A DNA stretch of 64,000 bases from Bdellovibrionales bacterium (GTDB lineage Bacteria; Bdellovibrionota; Bdellovibrionia; Bdellovibrionales; JAUICD01). A program made the position numbers and the translations under genes. The notes under the pieces are model-generated. The model searched no databases, was not told the DNA's origin, and was given only the letters and a program-made list of their open reading frames with translations. The stretch spans positions 32,001-96,000 of the forward strand of contig CBDANC010000015.1 of NCBI GenBank assembly GCA_965197425.1, given 5' to 3'. Of the stretch, positions 30,505-40,624 are shown one piece after another (positions within the stretch are counted from its first letter, which is position 1; each line of letters begins with the position of its first letter).

Positions 30505-31356
30505 TTATTCTATATTCTGTACCTGTTCCTTTATTTGTTCAATCAATAATTTTGCTTCTATAACCATCTTGTTTGTTTGGTACTTATTGGATTTAGCTCC
30601 AATTGTATTTACTTCTCTTAACAGTTCTTGAGTATAAAAATCCATTTTTTTTCCAATAGGGTATATAGACCTCGTGTCTTTTTTAAAAGCTTTGATGTGT
30701 TCCTTTAGCCTAGAAACCTCTTCTGAAATTTCTGATTTATCTAAGTTAAACACCACCTCATATGCAAGTTTACTTAGATCTACACCACTAAACGATTGTT
30801 CTAGCCCCGATAATCTTTTTTTTATGTTTGTTCTTGGGATTTTAACTTTTTCTAGCTTAGAAATTATAAGGGTGAGTTTCTTTAAAATAGTGTCAATTTG
30901 CACCTTTGTTGCATTTCCTTCTTTTCTTCTGTTAGACAAAAGTCTTTCAGTAACCTTTTGTATTAAATTGCAAATTGACTTTTCTTCTAAATTACTTACA
31001 TATCTTTCTACCTTCACTGCTCGTTCAAACAAATTTGAGTTTAGATCAATGTTAGCTTTCAGTTTGGAAAATATTTTCTTATATACATCAGATATTTTTT
31101 TAGCAAGTTCCATGTCTAGCTCAACTTTTATGTTCTTGCCGGAGTTAATTTTGTTTATATATAAGTAAACATTTCCTCTATGGATTTTCTTTCTTATAAT
31201 GCCCCTAATTTTGGGTTCTAGAAAACTATATTCTTTAGGAAGGTTTAACTTAATATCCAAAAATCTGTTATTATAAGATTTAATGGTAATATCAATTATT
31301 GAACCATTAAATTTGTGAACTGTATTATAAAATCCAGTCATGCTATTCATATGCAT
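30505..31356 (-). CDS. yicC: YicC/YloC family endoribonuclease
   Basis: SMTGF, KSYNNRFLD, GKKMDF..QELLREVNTIGAKS, ends EQVQNIE. Confidence 0.92.
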   Translation of the reverse strand: MHMNSMTGFYNTVHKFNGSIIDITIKSYNNRFLDIKLNLPKEYSFLEPKIRGIIRKKIHRGNVYLYINKINSGKNIKVELDMELAKKISDVYKKIFSKLKANIDLNSNLFERAVKVERYVSNLEEKSICNLIQKVTERLLSNRRKEGNATKVQIDTILKKLTLIISKLEKVKIPRTNIKKRLSGLEQSFSGVDLSKLAYEVVFNLDKSEISEEVSRLKEHIKAFKKDTRSIYPIGKKMDFYTQELLREVNTIGAKSNKYQTNKMVIEAKLLIEQIKEQVQNIE

Positions 31357-31439
31357 CTCCTGTCATATGTATTCTATGATGCGCTTACTGATTATAGCAG
31401 TCCAGTTGAAAGTAACTGTGTCAAAGTGTTTGTTTAGCT

Positions 31440-31634
31440 TCTTTATTTTTTGCCTCGTTCGGAAGACCTTAGAGTAACAGGATCGGCATCGTGTTGCAGA
31501 GCTGGGCAACCACTTGGATAAAAAACCGACTGCAAAGAGGTTCATCCAATTGGAAAATATAAAGGTTTATCCCGTAAGCCAATTGAACTAAAGAGAACAA
31601 GTCCACTTGTTTTTATCCTCGTTCGGAAGACCTT
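31440..31634 (+). repeat. Modular hairpin element, complete unit flanked by direct CCTCGTTCGGAAGACCTT ends
   Basis: End motif at about 31453-31470 and 31617-31634; enclosing stem GGATAAAAA (31516) / TTTTTATCC (31610); overlaps the miaA 3' end. Confidence 0.92.
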
Positions 31635-32542
31635 AGGGTTAATTCTATTTTGTTCATAATGCCACGAATATTTTCATTGTGTTTTACTTTTAGTATTTTA
31701 TATTGCTCGCTCTCATATCTGTTAAACCATGTGTTTTGTTTTTTAACCAACTTCATAGTTGATTTGACTATTTCTTCTTCTAATTCTTGTTTACTAAGCG
31801 AGCCTTCAATAAATTTTATGGTTTCTTTATAACCTACACTGTTCATAGGAGACCAGTTTTTTAATCCTTTGTCTAATAAACCCTGCACCTCTTCTATTAG
31901 GCCATTATCTAACATTTGCTTTGTTCGCAAGGTTACATTTTTTTTAATTTCTGATTTATCCATTTCTATTCTTAAAAAAACATATGGATAGGGGAATTGT
32001 TTTTTTACATAAGTTCTTTTTATTTCAGTAATAGTTCGATCTTGAAGGCGCATTATCGATGCTGCCCTTAATATTCTATATTTATCATTTTGGTTTATTG
32101 TTGCTGCATATTCTGGATCTTTTTTTTTAATTTCTTCATAAATAAAGGCAAGCCCTTTGTTTTTTAAATCATGATCTAATATATTTTTTAATTCTATAGG
32201 TGTTTTGGGGAAGTTATACATTTCAGATATAAGCGCATTTATATAAAATCCACTTCCTCCTACTATAAATGCATACTCTGTTTTTATTTTAGATAACTTG
32301 CTAAGGCATAATTTTTTAAATTCTCCTGCAGTAAACTCATGTCCTTCACTCAATATATCAAATAGATGATGTGGAGTTTTATTTAAGTCCTTTTTTTTTG
32401 GTTTAGATGATCCAATGTTTACAGATTTAAAAAATTGTATACTGTCAGAATTTATAATCTCTGCATCATATATCTCTGCCAGCCTTAATGCTAAGGCTGA
32501 TTTTCCTACTGCTGTAGGGCCTATTATAAATACTGCCTTCAT
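31613..32542 (-). CDS. miaA: tRNA dimethylallyltransferase
   Basis: GPTAVGKS, DSIQ, VGGSGFY, VGYKE, KKQNTWF. Confidence 0.95.
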   Translation of the reverse strand: MKAVFIIGPTAVGKSALALRLAEIYDAEIINSDSIQFFKSVNIGSSKPKKKDLNKTPHHLFDILSEGHEFTAGEFKKLCLSKLSKIKTEYAFIVGGSGFYINALISEMYNFPKTPIELKNILDHDLKNKGLAFIYEEIKKKDPEYAATINQNDKYRILRAASIMRLQDRTITEIKRTYVKKQFPYPYVFLRIEMDKSEIKKNVTLRTKQMLDNGLIEEVQGLLDKGLKNWSPMNSVGYKETIKFIEGSLSKQELEEEIVKSTMKLVKKQNTWFNRYESEQYKILKVKHNENIRGIMNKIELTLRSSERG

Positions 32543-34296
32543 ACTATTCTACAGAATTCTGTGTCTAGTTTGGTAAAGGGATATTCTATATATACAGGTC
32601 TTCCATGAGGACAAAAGCTTGATAATGAAAACTCATCCATTTGTTCAAGTAAACCTTTTATCTCTAAATTGCTTAAAACTTTCCCTGCTCTTATTGCAGA
32701 ATGACAGGCCATTGTGGCAAAAATATTTGATATGTTTTCCTCTATAGGAGCATTGCCCTTATTTAATTCTATATCATTTAGTATGCATTCAAGACCTGAT
32801 TCTATACTTTTTTTATTTAAGATTACTGGGCCTGATAAAATTTCTATAAAGTTTTTGTCAAACGAAATGTTTATGCCTATTTTTTCTAAAAATTTAGTTT
32901 GGGATTTTAAGACGGATATCTTGTCTCTATCTAACTCTGTTTTTATAGGGATAAGGTTGTTTTGAACTTTAATATTGCCAGATGAAAATTCAAAATTTAA
33001 TTTTTCATAAAGCATCCTTTCATGTGCTGCATGCTGATCTATCAATATCAAACTATTTCTAGATTGAGTTATTATATAAGTACAATTGCATTGGCCTATT
33101 ATATCTAATGCTTGCCATTTTGGTTCTTTTTTAGAAATTAAAGATTCTTTGTTAGAAGGTGAACCTTGTAATGTTTCGGCAGGTCTTGACCATTTAAAAT
33201 TAGTGGAGTTATTAAACGTTTTTTTTGCAAAGTGAGCTACATTAAATGTGTTTCCTCTAAACCCTGTGGTAACTTGAGGTTTGTGATTTCTAATCGAGTT
33301 TTCTTCAGGTAAAACCCTGTTAAGCCATGGAGAGTTTTGTAATGCTGGTCTTAATGTTTGTACAACTGAATTAAAAATTTCTGACTGTCTTAAAAATTTA
33401 ACCTGGGATTTTGTAGGATGAATATTTATGTCAATCTCATCTTTTTTACACTTAATACTCAGCGCAACTATAGGAAACTCTCTGTGCATAAGTAAAGTTC
33501 TATAACTTTCCATAATAGCTGCTTGGATAGATTTATCCTGTATCCATCTGTCTTGTGCAAATATCCAAACATTTTGAGATGTTTTTTGAGTATTGTTAGG
33601 GCTAGAAAAACAAACTTCTATATTAAAACTATTTATGAATTTCTTAACATGGTATAGTTCATCTAAATCTAATACATTTTTTGCTCTTTCATAAAAAGAG
33701 TCTTTTGGGCTGAAGATATTTACTAGCTCTGAGTCTTGGCTTAACTTAAACTCTGTTTTGAAGTTGATTAAAGCTAAGGCTTTTAGTGTTTTTTTTATGG
33801 AAATTGACTCTGACCTATTGGACTTTAAAAACTTTAATCTTGCAGGCAGATTTTCAAATAACTTTTTAACACTAATCAATGTACCGCTATCGCCGTGGCT
33901 TTTAACAACTGGGCTTGATTTTCCAAAATTTGAGGTAATGTTAAATGCCTCGTCATCTTTGGTTTTAGAAGTTATAGAAAGAATACTTACACTGGCTATA
34001 CTATGTAAAGCCTCGCCTCTAAAACCAAAGCTGTCTAAGTTCCATAAATCATCTATGTTTGATATTTTGCTTGTAGAGTATCGGTCTAATATTAAAGGTA
34101 GATCTTTTTTGGTTACGCCTATGCCATTATCTTTTACCAGGATCTCTCGTCCACTATCAGAAAAATTTATATGTACCTTACTGGCCCCAGAATCTATGCT
34201 GTTTTCTACAAGCTCTTTTACAATCTGAGATGGCCTATCTATTATTTCACCGGCTGCAATTTGGCTTATCACATTTTCTGGTAATTTGATAATCAT
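32539..34296 (-). CDS. mutL: DNA mismatch repair endonuclease MutL
   Basis: QIAAGE, KELVENSID, GFRGEAL, DQHAAHER, ACH, CPHGRP; ATG at 34296 preferred. Confidence 0.96.
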   Translation of the reverse strand: MIIKLPENVISQIAAGEIIDRPSQIVKELVENSIDSGASKVHINFSDSGREILVKDNGIGVTKKDLPLILDRYSTSKISNIDDLWNLDSFGFRGEALHSIASVSILSITSKTKDDEAFNITSNFGKSSPVVKSHGDSGTLISVKKLFENLPARLKFLKSNRSESISIKKTLKALALINFKTEFKLSQDSELVNIFSPKDSFYERAKNVLDLDELYHVKKFINSFNIEVCFSSPNNTQKTSQNVWIFAQDRWIQDKSIQAAIMESYRTLLMHREFPIVALSIKCKKDEIDINIHPTKSQVKFLRQSEIFNSVVQTLRPALQNSPWLNRVLPEENSIRNHKPQVTTGFRGNTFNVAHFAKKTFNNSTNFKWSRPAETLQGSPSNKESLISKKEPKWQALDIIGQCNCTYIITQSRNSLILIDQHAAHERMLYEKLNFEFSSGNIKVQNNLIPIKTELDRDKISVLKSQTKFLEKIGINISFDKNFIEILSGPVILNKKSIESGLECILNDIELNKGNAPIEENISNIFATMACHSAIRAGKVLSNLEIKGLLEQMDEFSLSSFCPHGRPVYIEYPFTKLDTEFCRIV

Positions 34297-34402
34297 GGGT
34301 ATTAAATACAACATTTAATATAAAAGGCAAACCCAGTTTTAATTTTAGCTCTTTTATTTTGAAAATAAGAACAAAAAGAGCTTATAGAAAATATGTGAAG
34401 CT

Positions 34403-35449
34403 TCAAATATTATTTAATATGATAGCCAAAACAATCACTTGAGGCACTAAGACCAAGGGTATGAATAGAGCAGTTTTCCAAGACTTGGTTGTTTCCTTTA
34501 CTATCATAATTTCTGTATAATCTGTAGCAACACCTGCCATCAAAAAGGCAAAGGTATTCCCTACGGCCTTGGCTTTGTTAAAAATTTCTCCCGCCACTGG
34601 AGCCAACCCTTCAGAGCAAACTTCCAGTATAGTAGATATCCCCAACGTAATGCCCAACCCTAACAGCGTTGGAGCAAAATACTTACCTATATGAGCATCA
34701 GTCATAAACATGTTCAATAGACCAGATATAACTATTCCAACACAAAGCCACTTAATAACTATTTTAGAACTACGTAATCCATGAATTATTATCTGATAAA
34801 AAGATTGTAATGTTAGTTTGTCTTTTACAAACATATTTTTTGATAACTCTAATAGTGACACAGAGCTTTTGTTGTTTGAGCTGTTTGGGTTAGCAGGTAA
34901 GATACTACGATTTGTCAATCTGTCAAAAATCAACCCTGATATAATTGCTAGAAGCAAGGATAGAATAATAAAAACGATTGTCCACTTTATACCTATTAAT
35001 GAAGCTAGAATAATTGTTATAGACATTGAGTTCCAAGGACTTGCTATTAGAAAACACATGACCTGGCCAAGGCTTACGCCTTTTTTATATAGCTTCATTG
35101 CTACCATAAGAATACCATGGCTACACAGATCTAAAAATAGGCCAGCAAACGCAGCTCTAAACATTCCATCGAACGAATTGCCTTTACCAAATAATTTAAC
35201 AATAGCTTCATCAGGAATTTTATGAAGAAAACCAACAAATAAAATACTTAAAACAACACCTATCCAAACTTGATTGACCACTTCATATTGAGTTTCAATA
35301 AACCTACTTAAATACAAGCGTTCTAAGTAATCTCCTATACTTATAACTTCACCAGTAAGGTGTATCAGATAAGAAAAACAAACAACTAAAACAACTGCTA
35401 TGAAAAAATAGTCTCTTTTTTGCGTGTTACATTTCATGGGTTCATTCAT
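34403..35449 (-). CDS. DUF318-type predicted permease
   Basis: LDLCSHG and LEVCSEG Cys motifs, FLIASP, multiple TM helices. Confidence 0.8.
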   Translation of the reverse strand: MNEPMKCNTQKRDYFFIAVVLVVCFSYLIHLTGEVISIGDYLERLYLSRFIETQYEVVNQVWIGVVLSILFVGFLHKIPDEAIVKLFGKGNSFDGMFRAAFAGLFLDLCSHGILMVAMKLYKKGVSLGQVMCFLIASPWNSMSITIILASLIGIKWTIVFIILSLLLAIISGLIFDRLTNRSILPANPNSSNNKSSVSLLELSKNMFVKDKLTLQSFYQIIIHGLRSSKIVIKWLCVGIVISGLLNMFMTDAHIGKYFAPTLLGLGITLGISTILEVCSEGLAPVAGEIFNKAKAVGNTFAFLMAGVATDYTEIMIVKETTKSWKTALFIPLVLVPQVIVLAIILNNI

Positions 35450-35590
35450 TAAGGTTAAACCTTAAGACATGTAAAGGCTAAAATATATAAAAAAAGACTA
35501 TAGAGCAATAAATGGCAACGGCACCATCTCTCTATGGCTACACTGCTTAGCCATCTTTTGTTTTAAGGCTGAAAAAAATATCTTTAGTTT

Positions 35591-36307
35591 TTATAAACGA
35601 TCTCTAACATATGATACTACGGCACTAACAGGATGCCTCTTACCATGCTCACTATCCACAAATGCATATTTGAATCTAGCCAAGCCGTCCACCATAAGAT
35701 AAGCACTAATAGTCAGTTTTATGGCGTTGGAAGGAGCATTACGCAAAAACCGATGATTTTTTGGGGTAAGAGCTCTTAGGCCAGGATCAGTTTGTAGTCT
35801 TCCACTGACCTCCAAGTGATGGTTCGTATTATATATTGATACATATAATAATACAGCTCCACCAGTCGTTTGAAGTAGTCCTAAAGCTAGTTGAGGTATG
35901 TTCATTTCAGGGCTACCTATAACAGGGTGATCAAATGACATACCTTCTTGGTACCCCAAACCAAAGTTCTTGTATCCATCCGTCATATAAGATCCAATAG
36001 ACGCGATTTTTTCTGAATGTGAGTCCTCTTCAAGGTTAAGATCAACTGTAATAGAGCGTTCTTCACCTTCGTCAATTTCCAAGTACACGGTCATGTAAAC
36101 TGGGATTTCATTAAGAAAATCTTCTTCACTAATACCATCAAAATGAACCGTAGTAATATGATCTATGTCTATTACATAATCACTTATGTCGTGAACACTA
36201 TCATGTTTAGGAAAAGCCACTCGCTCGGGATTGTCGTCCGAGACATCATTTGCCTGTATGGAAGAAAACGAAAGGGTCAATAAGGCTGATAATAAAAACT
36301 TGGTCAC
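35591..36307 (-). CDS. Hypothetical secreted/membrane protein
   Basis: GTG at 36307 after AAGGAGG; signal peptide MTKFLLSALLTLSFSSIQA; acidic N-terminal half. Confidence 0.7.
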   Translation of the reverse strand: MTKFLLSALLTLSFSSIQANDVSDDNPERVAFPKHDSVHDISDYVIDIDHITTVHFDGISEEDFLNEIPVYMTVYLEIDEGEERSITVDLNLEEDSHSEKIASIGSYMTDGYKNFGLGYQEGMSFDHPVIGSPEMNIPQLALGLLQTTGGAVLLYVSIYNTNHHLEVSGRLQTDPGLRALTPKNHRFLRNAPSNAIKLTISAYLMVDGLARFKYAFVDSEHGKRHPVSAVVSYVRDRL

Positions 36308-36522
36308 AAACACCTCCTTAACAAAGGAACCTTTCACATAAAAAACTGCAATTTAGCATGTAAGAAAGTTTGTCAAGTTGAGATCTATTAAGTCAATATC
36401 CGCCAAGCTTAGAACATAGAACGTTAGGTGATGCAAAAAGCAGCCCTTCACAATCTTCTATTTGGTTTAGGTTCTACAGTGTAGTGTTGTTATTGTCTAG
36501 ATATTTATAAAAATTTCTCATA

Positions 36523-36680
36523 AAGGTCTTCCGAATGAAGCTAAAAACAAGTGGACTTGTTCACTTTGGTTCAATTGGCTCACGGGATAAATCTTTATAT
36601 TATCCAATTGAAATAACCTCCCTGCGGTCGGTTTTTTAGCTGAGTGGTTGCCCAGCACTAGAACATGATACTGATCCCGT
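36523..36680 (-). repeat. Modular hairpin element (reverse orientation)
   Basis: AAGGTCTTCCGAATGAAG...TTCAATTGG...CCAATTGAA...GATCCCGT; enclosing stem AGCTAAAAA/TTTTTAGCT. Confidence 0.92.
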
Positions 36681-36697
36681 CTCATAAATTATAAAAA

Positions 36698-37954
36698 TTA
36701 CCTAGGGAATATACCTCTTAACTGCATTGCTTTTTGCAACCTTTTGGCTGCAACTCCGATGGAAGCATTTCTAAGATTTAAATCCTTTTCCTTGGAAAAT
36801 TCCCAAACTCTATCAAAGGCCTTCTCCATTGCTGTTTTAAGCCTTTCGTTAACTTCATCCTCTGACCAAAAATAAGACACTACGCCCTGTACCCATTCAA
36901 AGTAGGAAACCACAACTCCACCACCATTTGCCAAAATATCCGGTACAACTATTATTCCCTTTTTGTCCAATATCTCGTCGGCTTCAAAGGTTACAGGACC
37001 GTTTGCTCCCTCCAATATGATCGATGCTTTGACATCATTGGCATTGTGTTTGTCGATAACTCTGTCCAAAGCTGCTGGCAATAATACATCACACTTAAGG
37101 GTCAGAACCTCATTTCTGTCTATTGATTCTCCTCCATCAAATTCTGATAGGCTTTTGCTTTTTCTGTAAAAACACGTCAAAGCAGGGATGTCCAAACCAT
37201 TCTTGTTATATATTCCCCCGAAAGCATCACCTATCGCTACGACCTTCATTCCTCTCTGATAAGCTGAGATAGCTGCATGTGAACCAACATTACCGAAACC
37301 CTGAATAGATATGGTTAGGCCTTTAAGTTTCTTGTTCAACTTCTTACACGCTTGAGTTAAGCAGTATATTGTGCCAAGACCAGTTGCACTGATTCTTCCC
37401 ATGGAACCACCTATTTCTATAGGTTTTCCCGTTACAACACCAGGAACAGAAAAACCTGTTCTATGAGAAAAAGTGTCCATGATCCACGACATAGTCTGTT
37501 GATCAGTACCCACATCTGGAGCCGGTATATCAGTTTCCGGACCTATTATCTGATATATTTCAGTTGTGTATCTTCTGGTTAGGGCCTGAAGTTCAGCTTC
37601 AGAGAGTTTGCTTGGATCAACACAAATTCCTCCTTTTGAACCTCCTAACGGCAAGTGGAGCAATGCATTTTTAAACGACATTAACATAGCAAGTGCTGCG
37701 ATGTGACTTAGATCAACCGAAGTGTGATACCTTATGCCGCCTTTGCAAGGGCCTAAGGTCTGATTATGCTGTACCCTATATCCATCAAAAACTTTAACCT
37801 TATTGTTATCCATACGTATGGGTACGCTTACTACTACAGATTTTCTAGGTTTTAATAACCTCAGCCTAACATCACTGTCTATGCCTATGATATCTGCTAC
37901 TTTTTCAAAATTATTAACTGTATTCTTAAATAGATCACCTTGAAATAAATTCAT
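36698..37954 (-). CDS. gdhA: Glu/Leu/Phe/Val dehydrogenase (glutamate dehydrogenase)
   Basis: GPCKGGIRY, GGSKGG, DIPAPDV, QGFGNVG, EGANGP, SYFEWVQ. Confidence 0.93.
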   Translation of the reverse strand: MNLFQGDLFKNTVNNFEKVADIIGIDSDVRLRLLKPRKSVVVSVPIRMDNNKVKVFDGYRVQHNQTLGPCKGGIRYHTSVDLSHIAALAMLMSFKNALLHLPLGGSKGGICVDPSKLSEAELQALTRRYTTEIYQIIGPETDIPAPDVGTDQQTMSWIMDTFSHRTGFSVPGVVTGKPIEIGGSMGRISATGLGTIYCLTQACKKLNKKLKGLTISIQGFGNVGSHAAISAYQRGMKVVAIGDAFGGIYNKNGLDIPALTCFYRKSKSLSEFDGGESIDRNEVLTLKCDVLLPAALDRVIDKHNANDVKASIILEGANGPVTFEADEILDKKGIIVVPDILANGGGVVVSYFEWVQGVVSYFWSEDEVNERLKTAMEKAFDRVWEFSKEKDLNLRNASIGVAAKRLQKAMQLRGIFPR

Positions 37955-38104
37955 AAAGCTCCAATATATTTTTGTTAATTCCCTAAGTAATAAAATAAAT
38001 ATTGCGAAAGCTGAATAACAAGTAAGTTTTTAGAAGTCTAGTACAAACAATGAAGATTGTGAAATGGGTTGAGGGGATTGAGTTTTAAAGTGGCTGTGTC
38101 AAAA

Positions 38105-38433
38105 CGTAATTCACCTGGCAAAAGTCGGCAGAGCCAACTTATTGCCAGGTTCAATCAGTGCTGGGGCTCACCTTTAGTTACGGGATCGGCACCGTGTCCA
38201 CCAGGAAACAGCCACTCGGCCAAAAAGGAAAGCAAAACTTCCCTTATTTTTTGCTTCGTTCGGAAGCTTTTTAGTAACAGGATCGGCATCTTGTTCCAGA
38301 GCTGGGCAACCATTTAGCTAAAAAACCGACCGCAGGGAGGTTATTTCAATTGGAAAGTATAAGATTTATCCCGTGAGCCAATTGAACCAAAGTGAACAAA
38401 TCCACTTGTTTTTAGCTTCATTCGGAAGACCTT
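38105..38433 (+). repeat. Modular hairpin element, three-unit chain
   Basis: Internal junctions GCTCACCTT|TAGTTACGGGATCGGC and TTCGGAAGCTTT|TTAGTAACAGGATCGGC; ends TTCGGAAGACCTT 1 nt from the kinase stop. Confidence 0.92.
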
Positions 38434-38434
38434 G

Positions 38435-39901
38435 TTACATCCATTGTGAGTCTTGGAACACAGCCTTGTTTTCATTAAAATTATCAGGGGACGGCATCAG
38501 GTACCAAAATTCCTTTACTAACATTGCCAAAGCAGCAAAGGCCAGAATGGTAGCAACCATTCTTTTCCACGGAAAGTTATTTGCTAATATTTGCTTTTTT
38601 TGTATTTTTTTTCTTTTTTTAAGAACTCTAGTTGAAATTACATTCCGGTCCACACTAATTTTTGAAGATAATGTGCTATGTAAACTTATTGTGTCTTTAG
38701 GTTGAAATATTTTTGGGACAGCTCTTGGTGTCCGCACAGAAGATGTATTGCTTTTTGTATCATGTAGTCGCTCCATAGATTTTATTTTGCCCCTAAGCTC
38801 CATTGATCTACTCGGTTTTGGAGTAAAACCAGAAGACAACACTTTTTTATCCCTTGAAAATTCTTTTTTGTATTCTTCTTTAAAAATTTTTCTAAACTTC
38901 TCGCCAAGTCTTTCTGGGTTAAACTTGGGATAATTTATGTTTAAAAATTCATGTAACTTTTCATACAGCTTGAATGCTTCCATTCTTTTGTGTGGATCTC
39001 TTTGTAGCAGTTGCACTACAATGTTATCTATTTCTTCTGGAACATTCTGGTTGATTTCTCTTAGTAAAGGAACTTTAAGATTTAGAATGTTCTGTATTGT
39101 TTTCATTTCATTTGGTCTGTAAAATAATCTTTTGCCATTAGATAGCATCTCCCACATCACAACCCCTAAAGAAAAAATATCCGTTCTGTAGTCAAGATGT
39201 TTGCCTTGAGTTTGTTCTGGACTCATATAGGAAAATTTACCTTTTATGCTAGTTGTTTCGTCTACTCCTAAATCCTCATTGCCGGTTGATACGGCCTTAA
39301 CTTTGCTGATACCAAAATCTAGAATTTTAACTTCACCTTCCCAACCGACCATTATATTTTGGGGACTTATATCACGATGTGCAGGCTTCTCATTCTCTTC
39401 TTTGTCAAACATATCGTATTGGTGGATGTAGTTAAGACCTCTTGCTGTCTCCTTTATGATATATACCACATCTTCTATCTCTAATTTGTTCTCTAACAAG
39501 CCTATGTGTCGTAAACTCCGTTCTTGTTTGTTACTTCTAAGTTTTGTACTTATTTGCTTTAGGTTTCTTCCCTTTATGTAATCAACAACTAAACAGAGCT
39601 CGTTCGAGCCGTCGGAGTAGGCTCTATACGACTTTACCACATTTGGGTGATTCATATTTATGGCAATCTCAACTTCCCTTTTGAAGTACTCTCTAAACTT
39701 TGGTTGGGAAGCATATTTTGGTAGTATCTTTTTTATGGCCACTAACTTTTGTGTCTTTCTGTCTTTCTCGAGAGTTCTGGCAAGATATACTTCTGCCATA
39801 CCTCCAGAAGCAAGCAAAGAAACTAGCTCATAACTGTTGCCTATAATCATGTTGTTATTGTATTTGGGCATTCCAGCGACCTCGTCTTTAGAATCGGCCA
39901 A
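38435..39901 (-). CDS. Hanks-type Ser/Thr protein kinase with C-terminal TM helix
   Basis: LASGGMAEVY, VAIKK, HRDISPQN, DFG, YMSPEQ, DIFSLG. Confidence 0.93.
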   Translation of the reverse strand: MADSKDEVAGMPKYNNNMIIGNSYELVSLLASGGMAEVYLARTLEKDRKTQKLVAIKKILPKYASQPKFREYFKREVEIAINMNHPNVVKSYRAYSDGSNELCLVVDYIKGRNLKQISTKLRSNKQERSLRHIGLLENKLEIEDVVYIIKETARGLNYIHQYDMFDKEENEKPAHRDISPQNIMVGWEGEVKILDFGISKVKAVSTGNEDLGVDETTSIKGKFSYMSPEQTQGKHLDYRTDIFSLGVVMWEMLSNGKRLFYRPNEMKTIQNILNLKVPLLREINQNVPEEIDNIVVQLLQRDPHKRMEAFKLYEKLHEFLNINYPKFNPERLGEKFRKIFKEEYKKEFSRDKKVLSSGFTPKPSRSMELRGKIKSMERLHDTKSNTSSVRTPRAVPKIFQPKDTISLHSTLSSKISVDRNVISTRVLKKRKKIQKKQILANNFPWKRMVATILAFAALAMLVKEFWYLMPSPDNFNENKAVFQDSQWM

Positions 39902-40018
39902 AATTAACCCATTACTTTAGGTATTATTATTGTTATTCTAGGTGTAGTATTGCCTTGGGCAATACTGAGAAGTTGTACTTAAAATTGACATCTTTTTACT
40001 ACAAATGGAGTTTATAGA

Positions 40019-40624
40019 TTGAAATGGATCGGTATAACAGGTGGCATAGGAGTAGGTAAGTCTAGTGTATGCAAGATTATTACTGAAAAGAAGCTACCAA
40101 CAATAGAAGCAGACAACATTATTCGTAAAACACTATTGCAAGATCATGAGGTGCAAAATGACATCATCAATGTATTTGGCAAAGAAATTTTAGATCATGA
40201 AGGTCAATTAGACCGAAAAAAGGTGGCTAGCGCAGCTTTTTCGAATAAAGCAAAACTATCTGAATTGGAGCAAATAATACATCCGAAGCTAGCGAATTTA
40301 GTTAAATTAAAAAGGGATTTGCTCAAAAAAAAAGGGTATAAAATAGCTTTTTATGAAGCGCCATTATTGTTTGAAAAACAAATGCAAGATCAATTTGATG
40401 AAATAATCCTAGTTGCAGCTAAAGAAAATTTAGTTATAAAAAGACTTTTAAAAAGGGGATTAGAAAAAAACGACATATTACTTAGAATGAAGCATCAATT
40501 GCCCCAGAAAGACAAGTTAGCTCTAGTATCTTATGTTATTTGGAATAACTCATCACTGTATGATCTTAAAAAAGCTTGCTGTAAAGTTCTAACAGATATA
40601 ACAAAAACAAATGATAAACAGTGA
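40019..40624 (+). CDS. coaE: Dephospho-CoA kinase
   Basis: IGITGGIGVGKS, LDRKK, LEQIIHP, EAPLLFE. Confidence 0.95.
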   Translation: MKWIGITGGIGVGKSSVCKIITEKKLPTIEADNIIRKTLLQDHEVQNDIINVFGKEILDHEGQLDRKKVASAAFSNKAKLSELEQIIHPKLANLVKLKRDLLKKKGYKIAFYEAPLLFEKQMQDQFDEIILVAAKENLVIKRLLKRGLEKNDILLRMKHQLPQKDKLALVSYVIWNNSSLYDLKKACCKVLTDITKTNDKQ

